A stretch of DNA of 64,000 bases from Azolla caroliniana (GCA_043228905.1 JBHGNT010000012.1:3720001-3784000); one strand, 5' to 3'; counted from the first letter of the stretch, positions 36,001-50,010 are shown. Numbers and translations are program-made. The notes: a model not told the origin generated them from the letters alone.

Positions 36001-39000
36001 ACATGTGTGCAGTGTGAGGTAAATATCCACTCTTTGCTAAAAGACACCAGGGATTAGTGAGCACATGTTTTTTCCTAAACCACGTGAGTGATGTGGTGCC
36101 AATGCTCACTCTTTGCTAGAGTCTGTGTGCTGGATGTTGGCTTGTTATATCAGTGTATAGACAATCTAATTGTTGAATTGTTGGAATATGTACATTTGAT
36201 GAAGCAACATTGTTTAGATTGATGCAAAATGTCGGTCATTTCGTTATGAGATGTAACTTTTGTGGTGCTCTGTGGAACACAAGCTTGTTGTGAGCACGTG
36301 TGTTCGATGTGAGGTGAACACCCACTCTTTGCTAGAGTGAGTGATTTGTGAGCACATGATCCTACGTAGACGATGTGAGTGATGTATGAATGCGCACTCT
36401 TTGCTAGAGCACGCTTGTGCTGTATGGACAATAGCTCTTTGCTAGAGCATTCACAAGTAATGTGTTGGAGACACGTTTTTGCTAGATTCTGTCTTTTATG
36501 ATATCATATCAGCACATACACAAATGTGTGAACCTGCTTTGTGAATTGCAGGAACTTGTACGTTTGATGAAGCAGCGTTGTGTTTCATCAAACCTGTGTT
36601 TCAAATAACCATATCTTTGATGAGTCTCAAATGAGTGTTTTGCTGCATGGTGAAGTTTGGTGTCTTGTTTATGCCTCATCAGACCTTAATGCTTCATGGC
36701 ATTCAGGGGTGTGACAAAGTCTCTTACTTCAACCGGCCTTGTGTAATGACGGTGCTGCTTATGATGGAGGTTGTGGTGCCAGAGGTGACTCTTATGGCAT
36801 GGGCTTGTCACACTGAACGTGCAAATGATGGTAAGCGCCATGTAGTGAAGGTCCAGCCGAGGGGGCGAGGAAGGTGGCTATTGTGGAGTGAGGTAAAGGA
36901 TGGTGTGATGAAAGGGAAGGAAGTGAAGCGTTAGAAAAGAGATGGAGATGAGATGGGGATAGTGAAAACGAGAGCAAGAAGGCGGGGTTGAAGTAAGTGA
37001 GGGAAATGTAGAAAGGAGTGAAGAGAAAAAAAATAGATGGAGTGTAGACTAGGAGAGAGTAGCAAAATGTGCAAAATGTAAAAATTAAATGTCATAAATA
37101 AATAAAATCAGAAGCGGAAATAAGAGTGAAACCGAAAATGAAAAATAATTAAAGAAATAATTAAATGAAAATAAAGGATAAAACGTATGACTATCGTGTG
37201 GAATTCCAATTCGAACCCATGAGCCGCCTTGCCTTTTTAGCTAGGAATGCAGGTAAGTTACGCAAATGGGGAAAATGGAAACTAAGGAAGGTTGGAGGAC
37301 AGGAGTAATGTTTGAGGGTTCTACTAAGTTGGAAATAGCTAGAACTGTGGAGCTATTGTTTGAAGTACAAACTTGATAATCCATAAAGACTATGCTAGAT
37401 AACAAGGATGGTGGCCAAAAGTTGTAGATATCATATACTGTTGCATGCACATGGATCGTGTTGCATCATATTGGAAGCAATACATGTTTAAAGATTTGTA
37501 AAGTTGTTTTTCAGTTAATTTTTCCATAAGAGGAGTACATCATGTTTTTCCATGTTTTCCGTGTAAACATTAGGTTAGATGGATATAGTCATTCCTATCA
37601 AGGAAAATATTTGGAGTTTGAGCTTTCAATTACCTATGTTCTTTGTGAATCTGAAATGGTTTTAAGTCAAGTAATACAGTCATTCTAGGCATAATGATAA
37701 TGATGAGTGCTTTGATTAACTAGAAAGGCTAATCTTAAAAAATTGCAACTTGGGATTCTTTTACAGCCTTAAGTGATCAGTATCTATACTTGGAATTATC
37801 TTATGCCCGTGTTCCAGTGGATATCTAGCTTAGAAATGTAGCTGGGATTGGTGTTAGTGTCTGCGCAAAGTGTGCACGCAGTCTAGCCAGTCACTTATAA
37901 AAAGGTGGCTCAAGCCTCATCTGTGGAATGATGATCACCACTAGCCAGAGATCTAGCATAGAGCACATGAAGCTAGCTATAGTCGGGAGGTCTGTCATAG
38001 TTACAATGGCAGTACTGTATGCCTGGCAATTCCCACAATACTTACTTGGCCCCTTATGAAGAGAAATACAAAGAATTGCTCATGATGAATATAGGATTCA
38101 TTTCAGTAGTATGATGAGAAAGGGAAGGGATGACTTTCAAGTCTTTGTTGTGGTAGGAAACCAAAGAAATCAGGAAATTATCTTATGTCCTAGAATATAT
38201 AAAATATGCTCACATTTACATACAGAGTTAAAAAGTAAAGTTTATGAGGCTGTAGGAAGAACTTGTTAATAGATTAAATTAATGAAGATCAACACATGTT
38301 TAAAAGACAAAACAGTAGTAGATCAGGGAATTATTAAAAATATGAGGGAGCAATGGAGTTCAGGAGCTCTCTTTTATTGTAAATAGAGATACCATTTCTT
38401 ACATAACGTGAAGACAGAAGGAGGCGAGTTCTGTTGCAATTGCTTCTACAGTTAACATAGGCCAGTACCATAACTCTTCATGTGCCCCACTACTATTTGG
38501 ATTTCACTCTTAATCTAATTGTCCATTTATTCTATTAATCCTTAGTCGTGTTTGGATCTATCTACTCACATGTTTAATTATGAGCTCATGAGGATTACCT
38601 ATTATGTGTGATACAAGCACAAAGTAAAAGAAGGCAGATGAATAGCAGATTTACCCAGGGAATCATGTTTTCACCTCATGGTTAGGAAGATTGAGCAGAC
38701 TTTATCAGAGGCTTTACTGTTTTCGTTTACCCAAGAGAGAGGTTCAGAGAGTGGCCCATCCATTTTTTCCCTAAGGCTCTGTAAGGTCCGAAGTTTTCAG
38801 TACAGATTGCAGAGCAATAGAGAGGTATTATCTTAGATATTTAGATCTTAATAAATTTGAACTCATGCATTTATGATTTTGCAGTTTGCTCATCGGAAAT
38901 GTGTTCAACATTGGTGTAATGAGAAAGGGGACACTTTGTGTGAGATCTGCCAAAAGGTATTTGCCTAGCTCCCCGTAATCCACACACTTCAAGCTCTTCA

Positions 39001-40342
39001 CATATTTTTAAATCCATCATCATGCATAGGATCTCACTCATCATTTTGTGACAGCCATTTGAAGGTGGTTATGTGGCACCAGAACAAGCTGAAGCAGATA
39101 GCATCCCTATAAATATAGGGTAAGATGGCTATGTAGTTTGTTCATAACATTTTAGATTTGTGTATCACTTTTGTTAATGAGCATGTGACTGAGTGATCCT
39201 CTAAGTGGGAAACTTCGAGTTTTTGCCCTCATTGGTGTTATATCAATGGAGGTAATTTCAGCTACATAAGTGTGTGAAGGAATTTGTGAACTATTTCATT
39301 GAATGTATTGGACATTTTGACAGTGCTGGTTGGGATATTGCAAGTGGTCAACCTAGGATTTTCGCATTGGCTGCAGATCATCACTTTTTGGATGCAGAGT
39401 ACGATGAATATGCAGGATCACAAGCACATAGTGCAGCTTGCTTTCGTTCTGTTGCCCTCATGGTACTTATTTTGGGAATTTTGAAAGCGACATATAGATT
39501 TTTCTACTTCAAAAAATTGAAATGGGTTTAAAGGATATGCTAAAATTATTTTGCCATCTAGACATTTTTTATTTATACATTGATAACTGATGTTTTGTTT
39601 TGAAGCTCATCGCATTATTGCTCCTTCGGCACATTGTTTCGATGACTGGTGAAGATGATGAAGATGCTTCAACATTTTTCATGGTAATTGTAATGGAGGG
39701 GAAGAAGAACGAAAAGAATTTGTATTTAGGAAAGCCTATTAAGGCATAATGGACAAATTTTGATACACCAAATCATAATAATAATCTGTTTCAGGGAGGT
39801 GCACTTAGGCACACATGAACATTAATGAAAAATAAAGAATGTCAATAATAGATTGTTAAGGTTATGATGTGTAGTCTAGGATATGAATGTTCCTGTAATT
39901 AATATAATGCATCTAGCATCCAACTAGATAAGCTTGGGTGAAACTATCTGTGTGACAAATATTCAGTTAATGACTAGCCAGTAATGCTCATACTTTCTGA
40001 GTGAGTTATCTTGCAGCTTTCTCTTGTGAGGGCTGCTGGCTTCCTGATTCCTTGCTACATTATGGCACGTGCAATGAATGCTCTACAAATTAGAAGGCAG
40101 CGACAGGTGTGGCATTCCTTACGATTCTTATTTCTGAAAATGGCACCTTGATTTCTTTAAGATCTTATGAAAGCTTGATAATGGCATGTGTTTTTTGAGT
40201 ACATTTGGAATGACATTTGGGTAAAACTAAAATACAGGAAGCTGCAATGGCAGCAGCAACAGCAGCAGCAGTAGAAGTCAGATACCTCATACAGGCAAGC
40301 CAAGTTCAAGGTGTTATTTCCCACGGAAATCCAGCAGCATAA
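33086..40342 (+). CDS. RING-CH (RINGv/MARCH-type) membrane E3 ubiquitin ligase with DUF3675-like C-terminus, ~381 aa, 7 exons
   Basis: Exons 33086-33682, 38885-38956, 39055-39119, 39324-39462, 39606-39683, 40017-40106, 40238-40342, all GT-AG and frame-consistent. C4HC3 motif ECRICQEED..SPCACSGSLK/FAHRKCVQHWCNEKGDTLCEICQK; two TM segments (CFRSVALMLIALLLLRH, RAAGFLIPCYIM). Confidence 0.93.
35520..35830 (-). mobile_element. Decayed LINE RT fragment in RING intron 1
   Basis: - strand reads CCFVDFQKAFN and IGVKQGCPLSPTPFSIYIDE (RT motifs). Confidence 0.75.
35880..36600 (+). repeat. Degenerate ~300-bp tandem repeat with recurring ctctttgctag motif (intron 1)
   Basis: ggaa(c/t)(t/a)tgtac(a/g)tttga at ~35886, 36183, 36551; cactctttgcta repeated several times. 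Confidence 0.55.
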
Positions 40343-41019
40343 TACCTTCGGTTGTAATATATGCGGTTTCTTAGCTTCAAATATCCATTGAAATAAAATT
40401 CAAGCCGTAGCTTTTAAGGTTCAACACAAGACAAACAGAGTCCTGGGAGCTTTGTTGAATCAGAAAGCTTTGGATATAAGAGACTATCTTATATGATTAT
40501 TTTTATTGGGGAGCGGGGTATGTCCATATATATAGAAGAAGATACATATATCGTAACTGTGTATAGTCATGGTTAAAGTACAAATTTTATTAACTGTTTG
40601 AAAGTTGTGAAAGTGTTCAGAGTGTTTCAGCTTTCTTCTTGGAACCATATGTATTCAAACTTAACACTTGCACTTCCTTAGATTTGTAGTTGAAGAAGTC
40701 AACATTTTTTTATTTAATGCCTTTCAAAGATCATAACAAGATTTGAAGGACATCATATAACGAAGATAAAAGACTTTCAATGCTACAACTAAAACTGTCT
40801 CATGATAGAAGTGTTACAAATCAACCTTTCTCATGATAGGAGTCATCCCATGAGCATCGAAGAATGCCATGGATGTCACCCCTAAATTATTTTCAGTTGC
40901 CACGCATAGCACAATAAATCATCTCATTTCTCTAGCTTGTCATAACATGCCTGGGTAGATCCCGATACATCTTATACAGAATTACATTGGAGTCCTTATT
41001 TGCAATGTAGTATAAGGGA

Positions 41020-41430
41020 GCCCGGAGCATTGGTAAAGACACTTTGTTCCGTAATATGTCTTCATAGTTTTCGAGTGCCAATGTAAGATTGTTTCTAAAT
41101 GAAGCCACTTTTGACGTTAAAAGGGAGCATTAGAAAGGATTCTTTGTTTTGTAATATATGTCTTCATTGTTTTTGAGTGCCTATGTAAAGTTGTTTCTAA
41201 AGGAAGCCACTTTTGACGTTAAAGCGGAGCATTGTTTAGAACTCTTTGTTTCATAATATTTGTCTTCATAGTTTTTTGAGTGCCTATATAAGATTATTTC
41301 TAAATGAAGTCACTTTGTTGTTAAAATGGAGCGTTGGTAAGGACTCTTTGTTTCCTGATATATTTCTTCATAGTGTTTGAGTGCCTATGTAATATCGTTT
41401 CTAAAAGAATCCACTTTTGACATTAAAAGA
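41020..41430 (+). repeat. Tandem repeat, ~4 x ~102 bp
   Basis: ggagcatt...ctttgtt..taatat..tcttcat.gtttt.gagtgcc.atgtaa...tttctaaa.gaa.ccacttttgac at ~41024, 41124, 41227, 41328. Confidence 0.85.
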
Positions 41431-41974
41431 GAAATGAATGACCTTGTAGATCAATTACACTACTTTTTATTTCTGAATTTGAGATCATAGTTATCTCTCA
41501 ATGTGAGAAGACTAATGAGTGTTATGGAATGGTAAAGACTATAGTGTTAAGGATGAAAACCTAATAAGGTTGCCACTCCGTGTAGAAATCTATGTTATAT
41601 GCATATAAGTCAAGTACTTCTACCTATTTTGTTTTGCACCATTCCCAATGTATAGCCAACATGATTTGTACTAATAGATTATGACCAAGTTTTAAAAGTT
41701 TTTTTTTCCATAAAAAATATCCTCCATTGGTATTAAAATTAAAGGAACAATATACATATATTGTCTTGCATCTGCTCAAAACTAATACAGCACCTCCTCG
41801 GCATATCCATAGTCTCTATAGCCTCTTTTGAGTGCATTCTATGAGACGATATTTGAAACCATAATTGTGCTAAATGTTTTCTACATAGTTTCTACGTTTT
41901 GAGCATATCTCGAAATTAAACTAGACCATTCAAAAAGACTTCTTGCTTGTCTTATGGCAAAGACTTGTTAAGCT

Positions 41975-42960
41975 TCAAGCATACTTCTCAATAAGGGCAC
42001 TTGTTTCTGTGACCTCCATGTTTTGCGAGGACATTTGAACATGGAAGTTGTTCCCTTTCTCTTTCTGTATATCCCCCATGTTGCCACATGCTTTCCACAT
42101 ACCAAAAAATGTCATCATATTAGGTAAGAGGCCTTGCACAAGCATTTGAAGATAGAGTTGTATAGCATCTTCATTCTTATCACGCTCTGTATAGCCCAAT
42201 AACATGGCAGTCCTTTGTACCACATCTCCAACCAACAATAATCCATCAAAAAGCTCTCGGGCTTCAATTATTGGTTCACATTTACCGTACCAACACAAGT
42301 ATCTTTTTCAAATCCTTCTTTTGCGGTATCACCATGTAATTCCCCTCCTCTTGTTAGAGACTCTACTCCAAAACAAGCTTTCAAGAAGGAGACAAATCAA
42401 GCAGAGTCGAGAGAAATTTCTTCTACTTGCATTTGTTCCAGGCAATAAAACACTTGCTTTTCGAGCCCATAGTCAACATATCCAGATGCAATCACATTCC
42501 ATTATCAAACCACATTTGATGTACATATCAATCAAAGAGTTCCACAAGCATTTAGGACACTTATATAGGTCACTGCTTCAAGAAGGAATGCCATCGTTTC
42601 CATCTGTTCTACCAACTAACAAACGTAGGGCGTCTTTAGTTGGCCCATATTTAGCATATCCACTAATAAAGGGTATTCCACGATATCACATGTTGACTTG
42701 GTCGATCCTCAACTACATCCCATGCTAGAGTAAGAGAGCCGCATTTTGCGTACATGTCTATCAAAGCATTACCAAGAAATAGATCTCTTTGGTACCCATT
42801 TTTCACAATCTCCAAATGTAATACTTGACCTTCATCCCAATTACCATCTTTGAGCAAGCTCTCACTCTGCTTAGATAAGTGACAACATCAGGAATAAACC
42901 CCTCTATTTGCAGATGCTCAACAAAATTAAGAGTTTCTTCACAAAACCCAATTCCACATT
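41975..42960 (-). pseudogene. Decayed PLS-class pentatricopeptide repeat (PPR) gene fragment
   Basis: LGNALIDMYAKCGSL..AW.V....P.QHVISWN, EARELFDGL..DVV..TAML.GY..EDAIQLY.QM..GL.PN..TF; several frameshifts and stops. Confidence 0.8.
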
Positions 42961-45900
42961 ACCTTGATCTTGCATAAAGTGAACATAATTCAATGATTCT
43001 TTATCTTTGACCAAGTTTAAAAGTTTGCTTCATATTGACAGGCATTAAGGATGGACCTTATATGCTTTAATCTCATTGTTGTGTTCTTCAATCTAATTAT
43101 TGTTGTGCCATTTTTTCTTATTTCTGTAATTGTGTTTAAAGCTCTATTATATTGTTGATTGAATCTCTACTCTATACATAGATACTTGATCTTGAGTATA
43201 ACTATGACATAAAAAAGATGGCATTATCACATGGGGACTACATTGCTTCTCTTCCACAATCAAGTGTGGATCTTAGATGCGACCATCTACAACAATTACT
43301 TGTGTCCGTGATTGAAATGTTATCAAAGATCTTAATCATTCGTGATGGATCCTTCGGCTTTTCAAGAGAGGCACTAGATTTAAACGAGGAAGAGACTCAA
43401 TGTATCTTCTTTCTTTTACCAAATTTTATTATGAAACTGGCAAAAAACATGTTGAAAGAGTTCATGTTTCACCCTAAAAATGAAGCAATTTCATGCTCAT
43501 GTTCATCGTATGCTTTTAAGAATTTTTTGGAGTTCTTGCATCTTTTCCTTGCCTTCCTTTCCCAACAAAGCTATACTGACATTTGATGATATGTCATGAA
43601 TTATAATATTCTTCACAAATATTTTAATGTAACCAAGGGATGACATTATACATCCAATGCGATCCAAAGGAAACGGTATAAAAGTTCCACATTACAAATC
43701 ATAGCATACAAATAACAAAACTCAAATTAACCATCTAACCAATTGATGTTTGAATCCCACATTTTGGAGTTCTTGTTAGGTTGTCGCATTTGTGATGGCA
43801 TTACTTGTGTCTAAAACTAGGGTCATGTTTGCAAAATTAGCATTGTGTGCTTTGAAATGACTATCCATATCAAAGATGTTGATCTTCACGTTTGCTTTTC
43901 TCATTCTTATGGTAGATCAAACATGTAATCTCACCTTTATGTTCTCCATCCTTTATAATTTGTGCTCCTATAAGAATTTATAACTTTCTTTGATCCTTTC
44001 ACATTTTCCATAAAACTTTATCTTTTTCTAAATGCATAGATTTATTCATATACTCATATTGCATTACATAAATCTAGAAGTAGTGTAAGTGTCTTGACTT
44101 AATCTCTTGTACAATGTGCTTTGTTTGATATATAGTATATCATCATGAAGCATTGCAAAATTATTCCCAAATTTCAGGCAACAATAGTTCGATTATGCGT
44201 TTTTTTAGATCTCTAGATATATAAATAGAATGATAATAATGAGAGAGTGGTGAGATCAACCTTGAGTCAGGCATAGAGTCTAGGAACATGAATGAAGCAT
44301 GATGCGGTGATATCTGTCATGAGGCATTTTGGGAATTGTCACATTGCTTGAACTAAAAAGCGATAAGATTAAAAATGATTTTGTATGTTCCTCGTGAAGA
44401 ATGAGAAATATTTCTACAATGATATGAGGAATGAATCTCGATGTCTATGTTCTATCGAGCTTTTAAATAGTGCCATATAAAATGAATACAAATAATGTTT
44501 ATGAAAGTATTCACAAGTTCCGAGACACAATTTATGGATTGGTCATTCTTTAAGTATTTTTGCTTTCTTTTTTGGACATGTTTCAATTTGCATGGTAGTG
44601 GAAACTATATGGTAACGTTTGTAGAATATCAAGGACACAAATAAGACATTATGAATAAACTCAAAATGCATATGCTTTCAATGTCAACATTACAAATCTG
44701 TTGCTTTGTATTTTTTGAAAGAAAAAAAGGGAAAAAAAACTTTGCTTTGCTTATTATATTTTCCTTAAAAGGCATATTTGTGAGAAGCATATTTGCAAAG
44801 ATATGGAATAGTGGAGTTTTCCAAAGCACAAAAACAAAGTATCCTAAGTATGCGTTTTTAATTCGTTCTTATTCATATTTCAATGTTTTCTATAATGAAG
44901 TCATGGTTTATGAATGAGTGACCAAAATCTTTGCATGAGTTGCGTTGAAGGTGGTTACTATATTACTCACTAACAAGAAAATTTCTATAAGTTATTTTAT
45001 CTATATATTGGGCAAAGAGAGTATTTTCTACATTGATAAACTAGATGAGATGTCGACTACTTGCATGTACACGGCTTGTCAAAGTGTGACAAAATATAGT
45101 CAATGTTATGGACCTTGTAAGATGTAATCTTGATAATGGCAATACAATTGCCAATACCATTTCAAGAGAAAATGCATACCATCTCATCGAGTCATCACCA
45201 CAATTATCACTATGCCCATGTTTAGCTACCTTTTGAGTATAAATGTACATACCTTCAATTCCTCACCATTATACCCCTGAGCCTAAGTTTTATTTATTGT
45301 ATATAGGACCTATAATCTTGTAAGATGTTTAAATGGTCTTAAAACTAATAGTGATATTAGTATAAAGGTGGTTTTACTAGTAATATTACCATGCTCTTGA
45401 TCTATTGAATGTATTGATGTTTATTAAAATGGGATGATTAACTTGATTTACTTTCTATTATCAAGTTCTCGATTAAAATGTTTAATTATGAGTCATGAGA
45501 CTTGTATATGCTGGATTATTGAATATTCACCATCCATGTTAAAAGGCCACACACATCTCGTGATATTTGCTTCTTGAGAAATTCTATCTAGTGGTCAATT
45601 GTATCAAAATATTTACACTTTGTTCGTATAAAAGTTAAAATATTTCATCACATGCATAAATCCCTTCCTCGAGAACTCCTTTGGCTTGAATAAAAGCGAA
45701 CTAAGCCATTCCCTCTCTATCATGTTGGCAAATTTTGAATATATGGACTTAGGTCATATAATAGTAATGATCATGAGTTGCTAGGTCATAGATGGGGTCA
45801 TTAATCCGATGGCTATTCAATGGATCATTTATTTTAAACATAAGAAAACTCCTAGTTTTTGCCAAACATATAGTTTATATAGGAACACTATTGTTGGCAT

Positions 45901-47129
45901 AGTAAGAAGGTTTGGGCCAACGTATGCACAACACCCATTAAATTGCAAGTAATTACAAAAAATCCAAGACAGTCTCTTCATGAGCATGTCGAGTAATTAA
46001 ATCCAGGAAGACTAGAAGTTAGATGTCAAAGCACACGAAATGGGTGCCTCAAATTTATCCATCACATACATGACTTTAGTGATGAAACATGATCACATAT
46101 ATATATGCACACAAATGTCTTTATTGTGGACATAACAACATCATGTGCCATGAGAGAACTCAAAATTTTCAAACTTATGGTTGTAGGTTCAAGTAACGAG
46201 CAAAATGTTTGATCATATCCATTATAGTTTCCCCCCTCTTAACTCTTTCATGTTGACATAAATCATAGTCATGATTCATAACATTGATAATCTCAACATG
46301 TTCGAGATATTGGTTTCGGTTGTACGCTCACTCTAAATGTGACATGGAGCCATGCAAATGCATTGCTATTCGTGAGTGCGCAAGAAATAAACTAGTCTCT
46401 CCGCCATTGCTTACAAAACACACGGTAGCAATAACAAGAGGTATATTAGTCACTTGATATGAATTGATATGACAAGAAACAATAATTGCGCTATTGGGTA
46501 ACGATATTGAATGTTGATCCGTGGTCAGAGGGATTGCCATAGATCTAAAAGCACACCACATTCAAGCGAGTTGGATTGTTCGTGGGATGTTTAAAGATAC
46601 ACATTGTTCAATTGCAAAGGTTAAACGGGTAGTAGCAAACTCAAAGGATGCAAGTCTTTGAAAAGTAAAACAAATGTACATTCAAGGTAAAGAATGTAAG
46701 TTTCACACCAAGGCAAACCAACATAGTTCCGAGCAACAAGAAAAACACTAGTATTAATATGATATCTCGATGTTTTTTTCCCTAGATATTGCAATTCATC
46801 ATGGACATGTGGTAGATGATCTATCAATGGGGTTTTCATGAGGACCGTGCCTTGACCTTGCACTCTATAAAAAGAAGACTCATGAAAAGAGGTTTATAGA
46901 GCTATATCAAACACAACTATATTTACGAGACTGCAATTTGGGTCCGTGTTTAAGCAACCAAATGTGAGAAGAGCTTAATGAAGATTAAAAAGGATGTTAA
47001 TTTGCATCCACAAGCACGACCAAACTGTCTACATTAACAATGGAGCCTTTGAAAGCAATAGGTTTGTCTCTCTATATATAATGAGGCAATGCGGAACATA
47101 TGAACACAAACATGAGTACACAATGTAAA

Positions 47130-47960
47130 CCACGATTAATTTAGAAGGAACCCCCACATGTGAAGGAAAGTTAACCATGGTTAAATTGGGAGGAGCCACA
47201 ATATGTGAAGGAAAGTTAACCTTTAGTTAAATAAGGAGGGGGGGGGGGGGGTCCCATATGTGGGGGGAAGGTAACCATGGTTAATTTAGAAGGTCCCACA
47301 TGGGTAGGGAAGTTAACCACGGTTAGTAAAGTAAGGAAGCCGTCGAATGTGAAGGAAGGGAAAAAGTTAAACACAGTTAGGGTCGAGAGGGGGCCGATTT
47401 AACCGCAGTTACCCTGAGGATAACTGCAGTTAGCCTCAACCGAAGGTATGATAACTGCAGTTAGCCTTAACCATAGTTATGATCTAACCGGGCATTAAGT
47501 TCGTTTAACCAGAGCTCCTCAACCCTAGGTAGGATAACTGCAGTTAGCCTTAACCATAGTTATGATCCAACCGGGCATTAAGTTCGTTTAACCAGGGTTA
47601 CATCGAACCGGGGCAGTTTAATTTCGAACCAGATTATTAGGTCTCGTATTGGTCCGGGAGGCGGAGGGGTTTACGCCGAGCCTGTATTTTGTTCCGGGGC
47701 AACCAGGCTTTCGCCCGAGCCTGGATTTTGTTCGCTGCAGCCAGAGGCTTGCGCCGAGCCTCTCTTGGTCGTTGGACTAGGCTAGGCTGTATTGGTCCGG
47801 GAGGCGGGGGGGTTTACGCCGAGCCTGTCTTGTTCGTTGAACTAGGCTGTCGCCCGAGCCTGTAATTTGTTCCGGGGCAACCAGGTTTTCGCCCGAGCCT
47901 GGATTTTGTTCGCTGCAGCCAGAGGCTTTGCTCCCGAGCCTGGCTTGGTTCGGGTAACCA
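47130..47960. repeat. Compound short-repeat/palindrome block upstream of the reticulon gene (possible DNA-transposon subterminal region)
   Basis: ttaaccatggttaa palindromes, tgtgaaggaaagttaacc repeats, taactgcagtta x3, duplications 47449-47512/47532-47595 and 47647-47760/47789-47940, many gc(c)cgagcct motifs. Confidence 0.7.
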
Positions 47961-48363
47961 GGCTGGCCCAACCCCGAGCCTCCCCCCAGTTACGAGCGTC
48001 TCTCCGAGGCTCGCGAATTCCTAGTTCTTCCTCGCAGAACGAGGAGCGAAAATTTGAAAAAACTTTTTTCATCATCGCCTTCTTCTTCTTCTTCTTCTTC
48101 TTCTTCTTCTTCGTCTCTTTCTCGTTCTCTCACACTCAGAGATCAGAGAAAGCCGCCATAGCCGTTGCCTTCTAGCTCTCTTCACTCCTTCTAGCTCTCC
48201 CCCATCTCTCTCTTCATCTTCTCCACTCCTTTTCTTCTTCTTCTTCTTCTTCTTCTTCTTCTTCTTCTTCATCTCTTCTTTCCCTGCAGACCACTGTACC
48301 TCGCTCCGTAAGGCACCCCCCCGCAGAGCGACCTCACCTCCCTCCCTCCCTTCCCCATTCGCC

Positions 48364-50010
48364 ATGTCTTCTTCCGCCACAGCTGCTGCTGCCATCCTCA
48401 ACAGCGTGCTCGAGAATATCAAGAACCTCCCACCTTCTTCTGATGCCTCTTCTGTTCCACCGACTCCTTTCGCTCCTTCCTCAGCCCCTCGCTTCGACTC
48501 TGATCCATACCCTTCCTCTGATTTCGGTCGCTTCGCTGATGCTTTCAGGCGCAAGACGTCTCTTCATGATTTGCTCGGTGGCGGACAATGTAATGCCGTC
48601 TTCCTTTTCTTCTCACGTCTTATATATATATATATATATATATCCTTCTTTTCCTAACCTGTTTCTGCTGTTCGCATTATCGAAAGTATAGCTAGATTCT
48701 TACCGTAATTACATTCTTTTACAGAATACATGTACCAAAAAGTTCTGTTTTTTGTTTTGTTTTTGCTCTCCGCATTATCGAAAGTTTAGCTAGATCCTTA
48801 TCGTAATTACATTTTTTTACAGAATACATGTACCAAAAAGTTCTGTTTTTCTTGTTTCTGCTGTCCGCATTATCGGAAGTTTAGCTAGATCCTTATCGTA
48901 ATTACAGTCCTTTACAGAATACGTGTAACAAAAAAGTTCTGTTTTTCTTGTCCGGTCGTGGAGAAAACTACCTGTAACGATTTTGTTTTTGGTTGGTTTC
49001 AAAGCTTTTGTCAGAGAAACAAAGCACCGTCTCTAAGTTTGTTTCCGCTGTTTTTCTTCCGAAAATGAACAGCTGCTGATGTTCTTCTGTGGAGGAAGAA
49101 ACACCTGTCTCTAAGTTTTCTGGGAATTTCTACCGCGATTTGGGTGGTATTCGAGTGGATTGGATATCATTTCGTCTCTTTGGCATCTCTTCTGCTTCTC
49201 ATCTCTCTAGTGGTCCTCTTCGTGTGGACCAACGGTTCATCTTTCCTGAGCAGGTAATTTCTGCTTTCTACTCCCCCCCTTCTATTATGTGAACAATCTT
49301 TCATTTGGTTGTGGATTTGTTCAAACTCGAGGCATTTTATCTTTTGTCAATTGCTTCTTGTCTAAAGGTTTCTGAGCACTTTCGTAAAGTTGTTTTATAT
49401 CAGTTAATCTTTTGAATATTCTGGCTCTTCCTGAACCTTCTTCGCTATTATTTTTATCGTCAGACAACCGCCCCCTGTTCCCAAGCTTGAGATCTCTGAA
49501 GAGATTGTAGTAACCATCGCCAAAACACTGCAGATCGAGATCAATCGTGTGCTTGCAACGTTTCAAGAAATAGCTGTGGGAAATGATACTAAGCGTTTCG
49601 TAAAAGTAAATAGCTTCCTCCTGTCTCCTCTCTCTTTCATTTCCTTTATGTTTGTCCTTCTTATTAGTGGATGTACTTTTCTGTACAGCTTGTTGGGGGG
49701 CTTTCTCTCCTTGTTTTGTTTGGGAGTTGGTTTAACTTCTTGACGCTCGTATATTTCGGTAAGATTCACAACTTTTCTGTGTCTTTTGTTTTGGTCGTTG
49801 GGTTATGCTGCCGCTTTCTCATTCCCTTCTAATTCTGCAGTGATCATTGCGGCTCATTCTATTCCTGTGTTGTATGAGAAAAACGAAGAATCGATCCATT
49901 ATTTGGCTGAGAAAGCAATGGAAGAGCTCAAGAATCAGTTTAAGAAACTTGAATCATCTGCGCAAAGCAAACCACAAAGAGGTGCATCCGTGGAGAAGAA
50001 GGAAGAGTAA
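48364..50010 (+). CDS. RTNLB: Reticulon-like protein B (RTNLB family), ~262 aa, 5 exons
   Basis: Exons 48364-48589, 49073-49253, 49464-49605, 49689-49758, 49841-50010 (GT-AG, frame-consistent). SLHDLLGGGQ/SADVLLWRKK, FEWIGYHF, GSWFNFLTLVY, HSIPVLYEKNEE, C-terminal KKEE dilysine-type ER motif. Confidence 0.95.
48665..48950 (+). repeat. ~3 x ~97-bp tandem repeat in reticulon intron 1
   Basis: cgcattatcg(a/g)aagt(a/t)tagctagat...cgtaattaca...tttacagaatac.tgta.caaaaagttctgtttt at ~48673, 48771, 48867. Confidence 0.9.

Noticed and set aside
37690-38130. Possible intronic C/D snoRNAs (several ATGATGA boxes)
   Set aside because: No appropriately placed CTGA D boxes, terminal stems or recognisable rRNA guides.
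48072-48554. 160-aa K/R/E-rich minus-strand ORF (and similar 32690-33100, 4111-4350)
   Set aside because: Antisense translation of (CTT)n/(CT)n microsatellites in 5' UTRs or an LTR.
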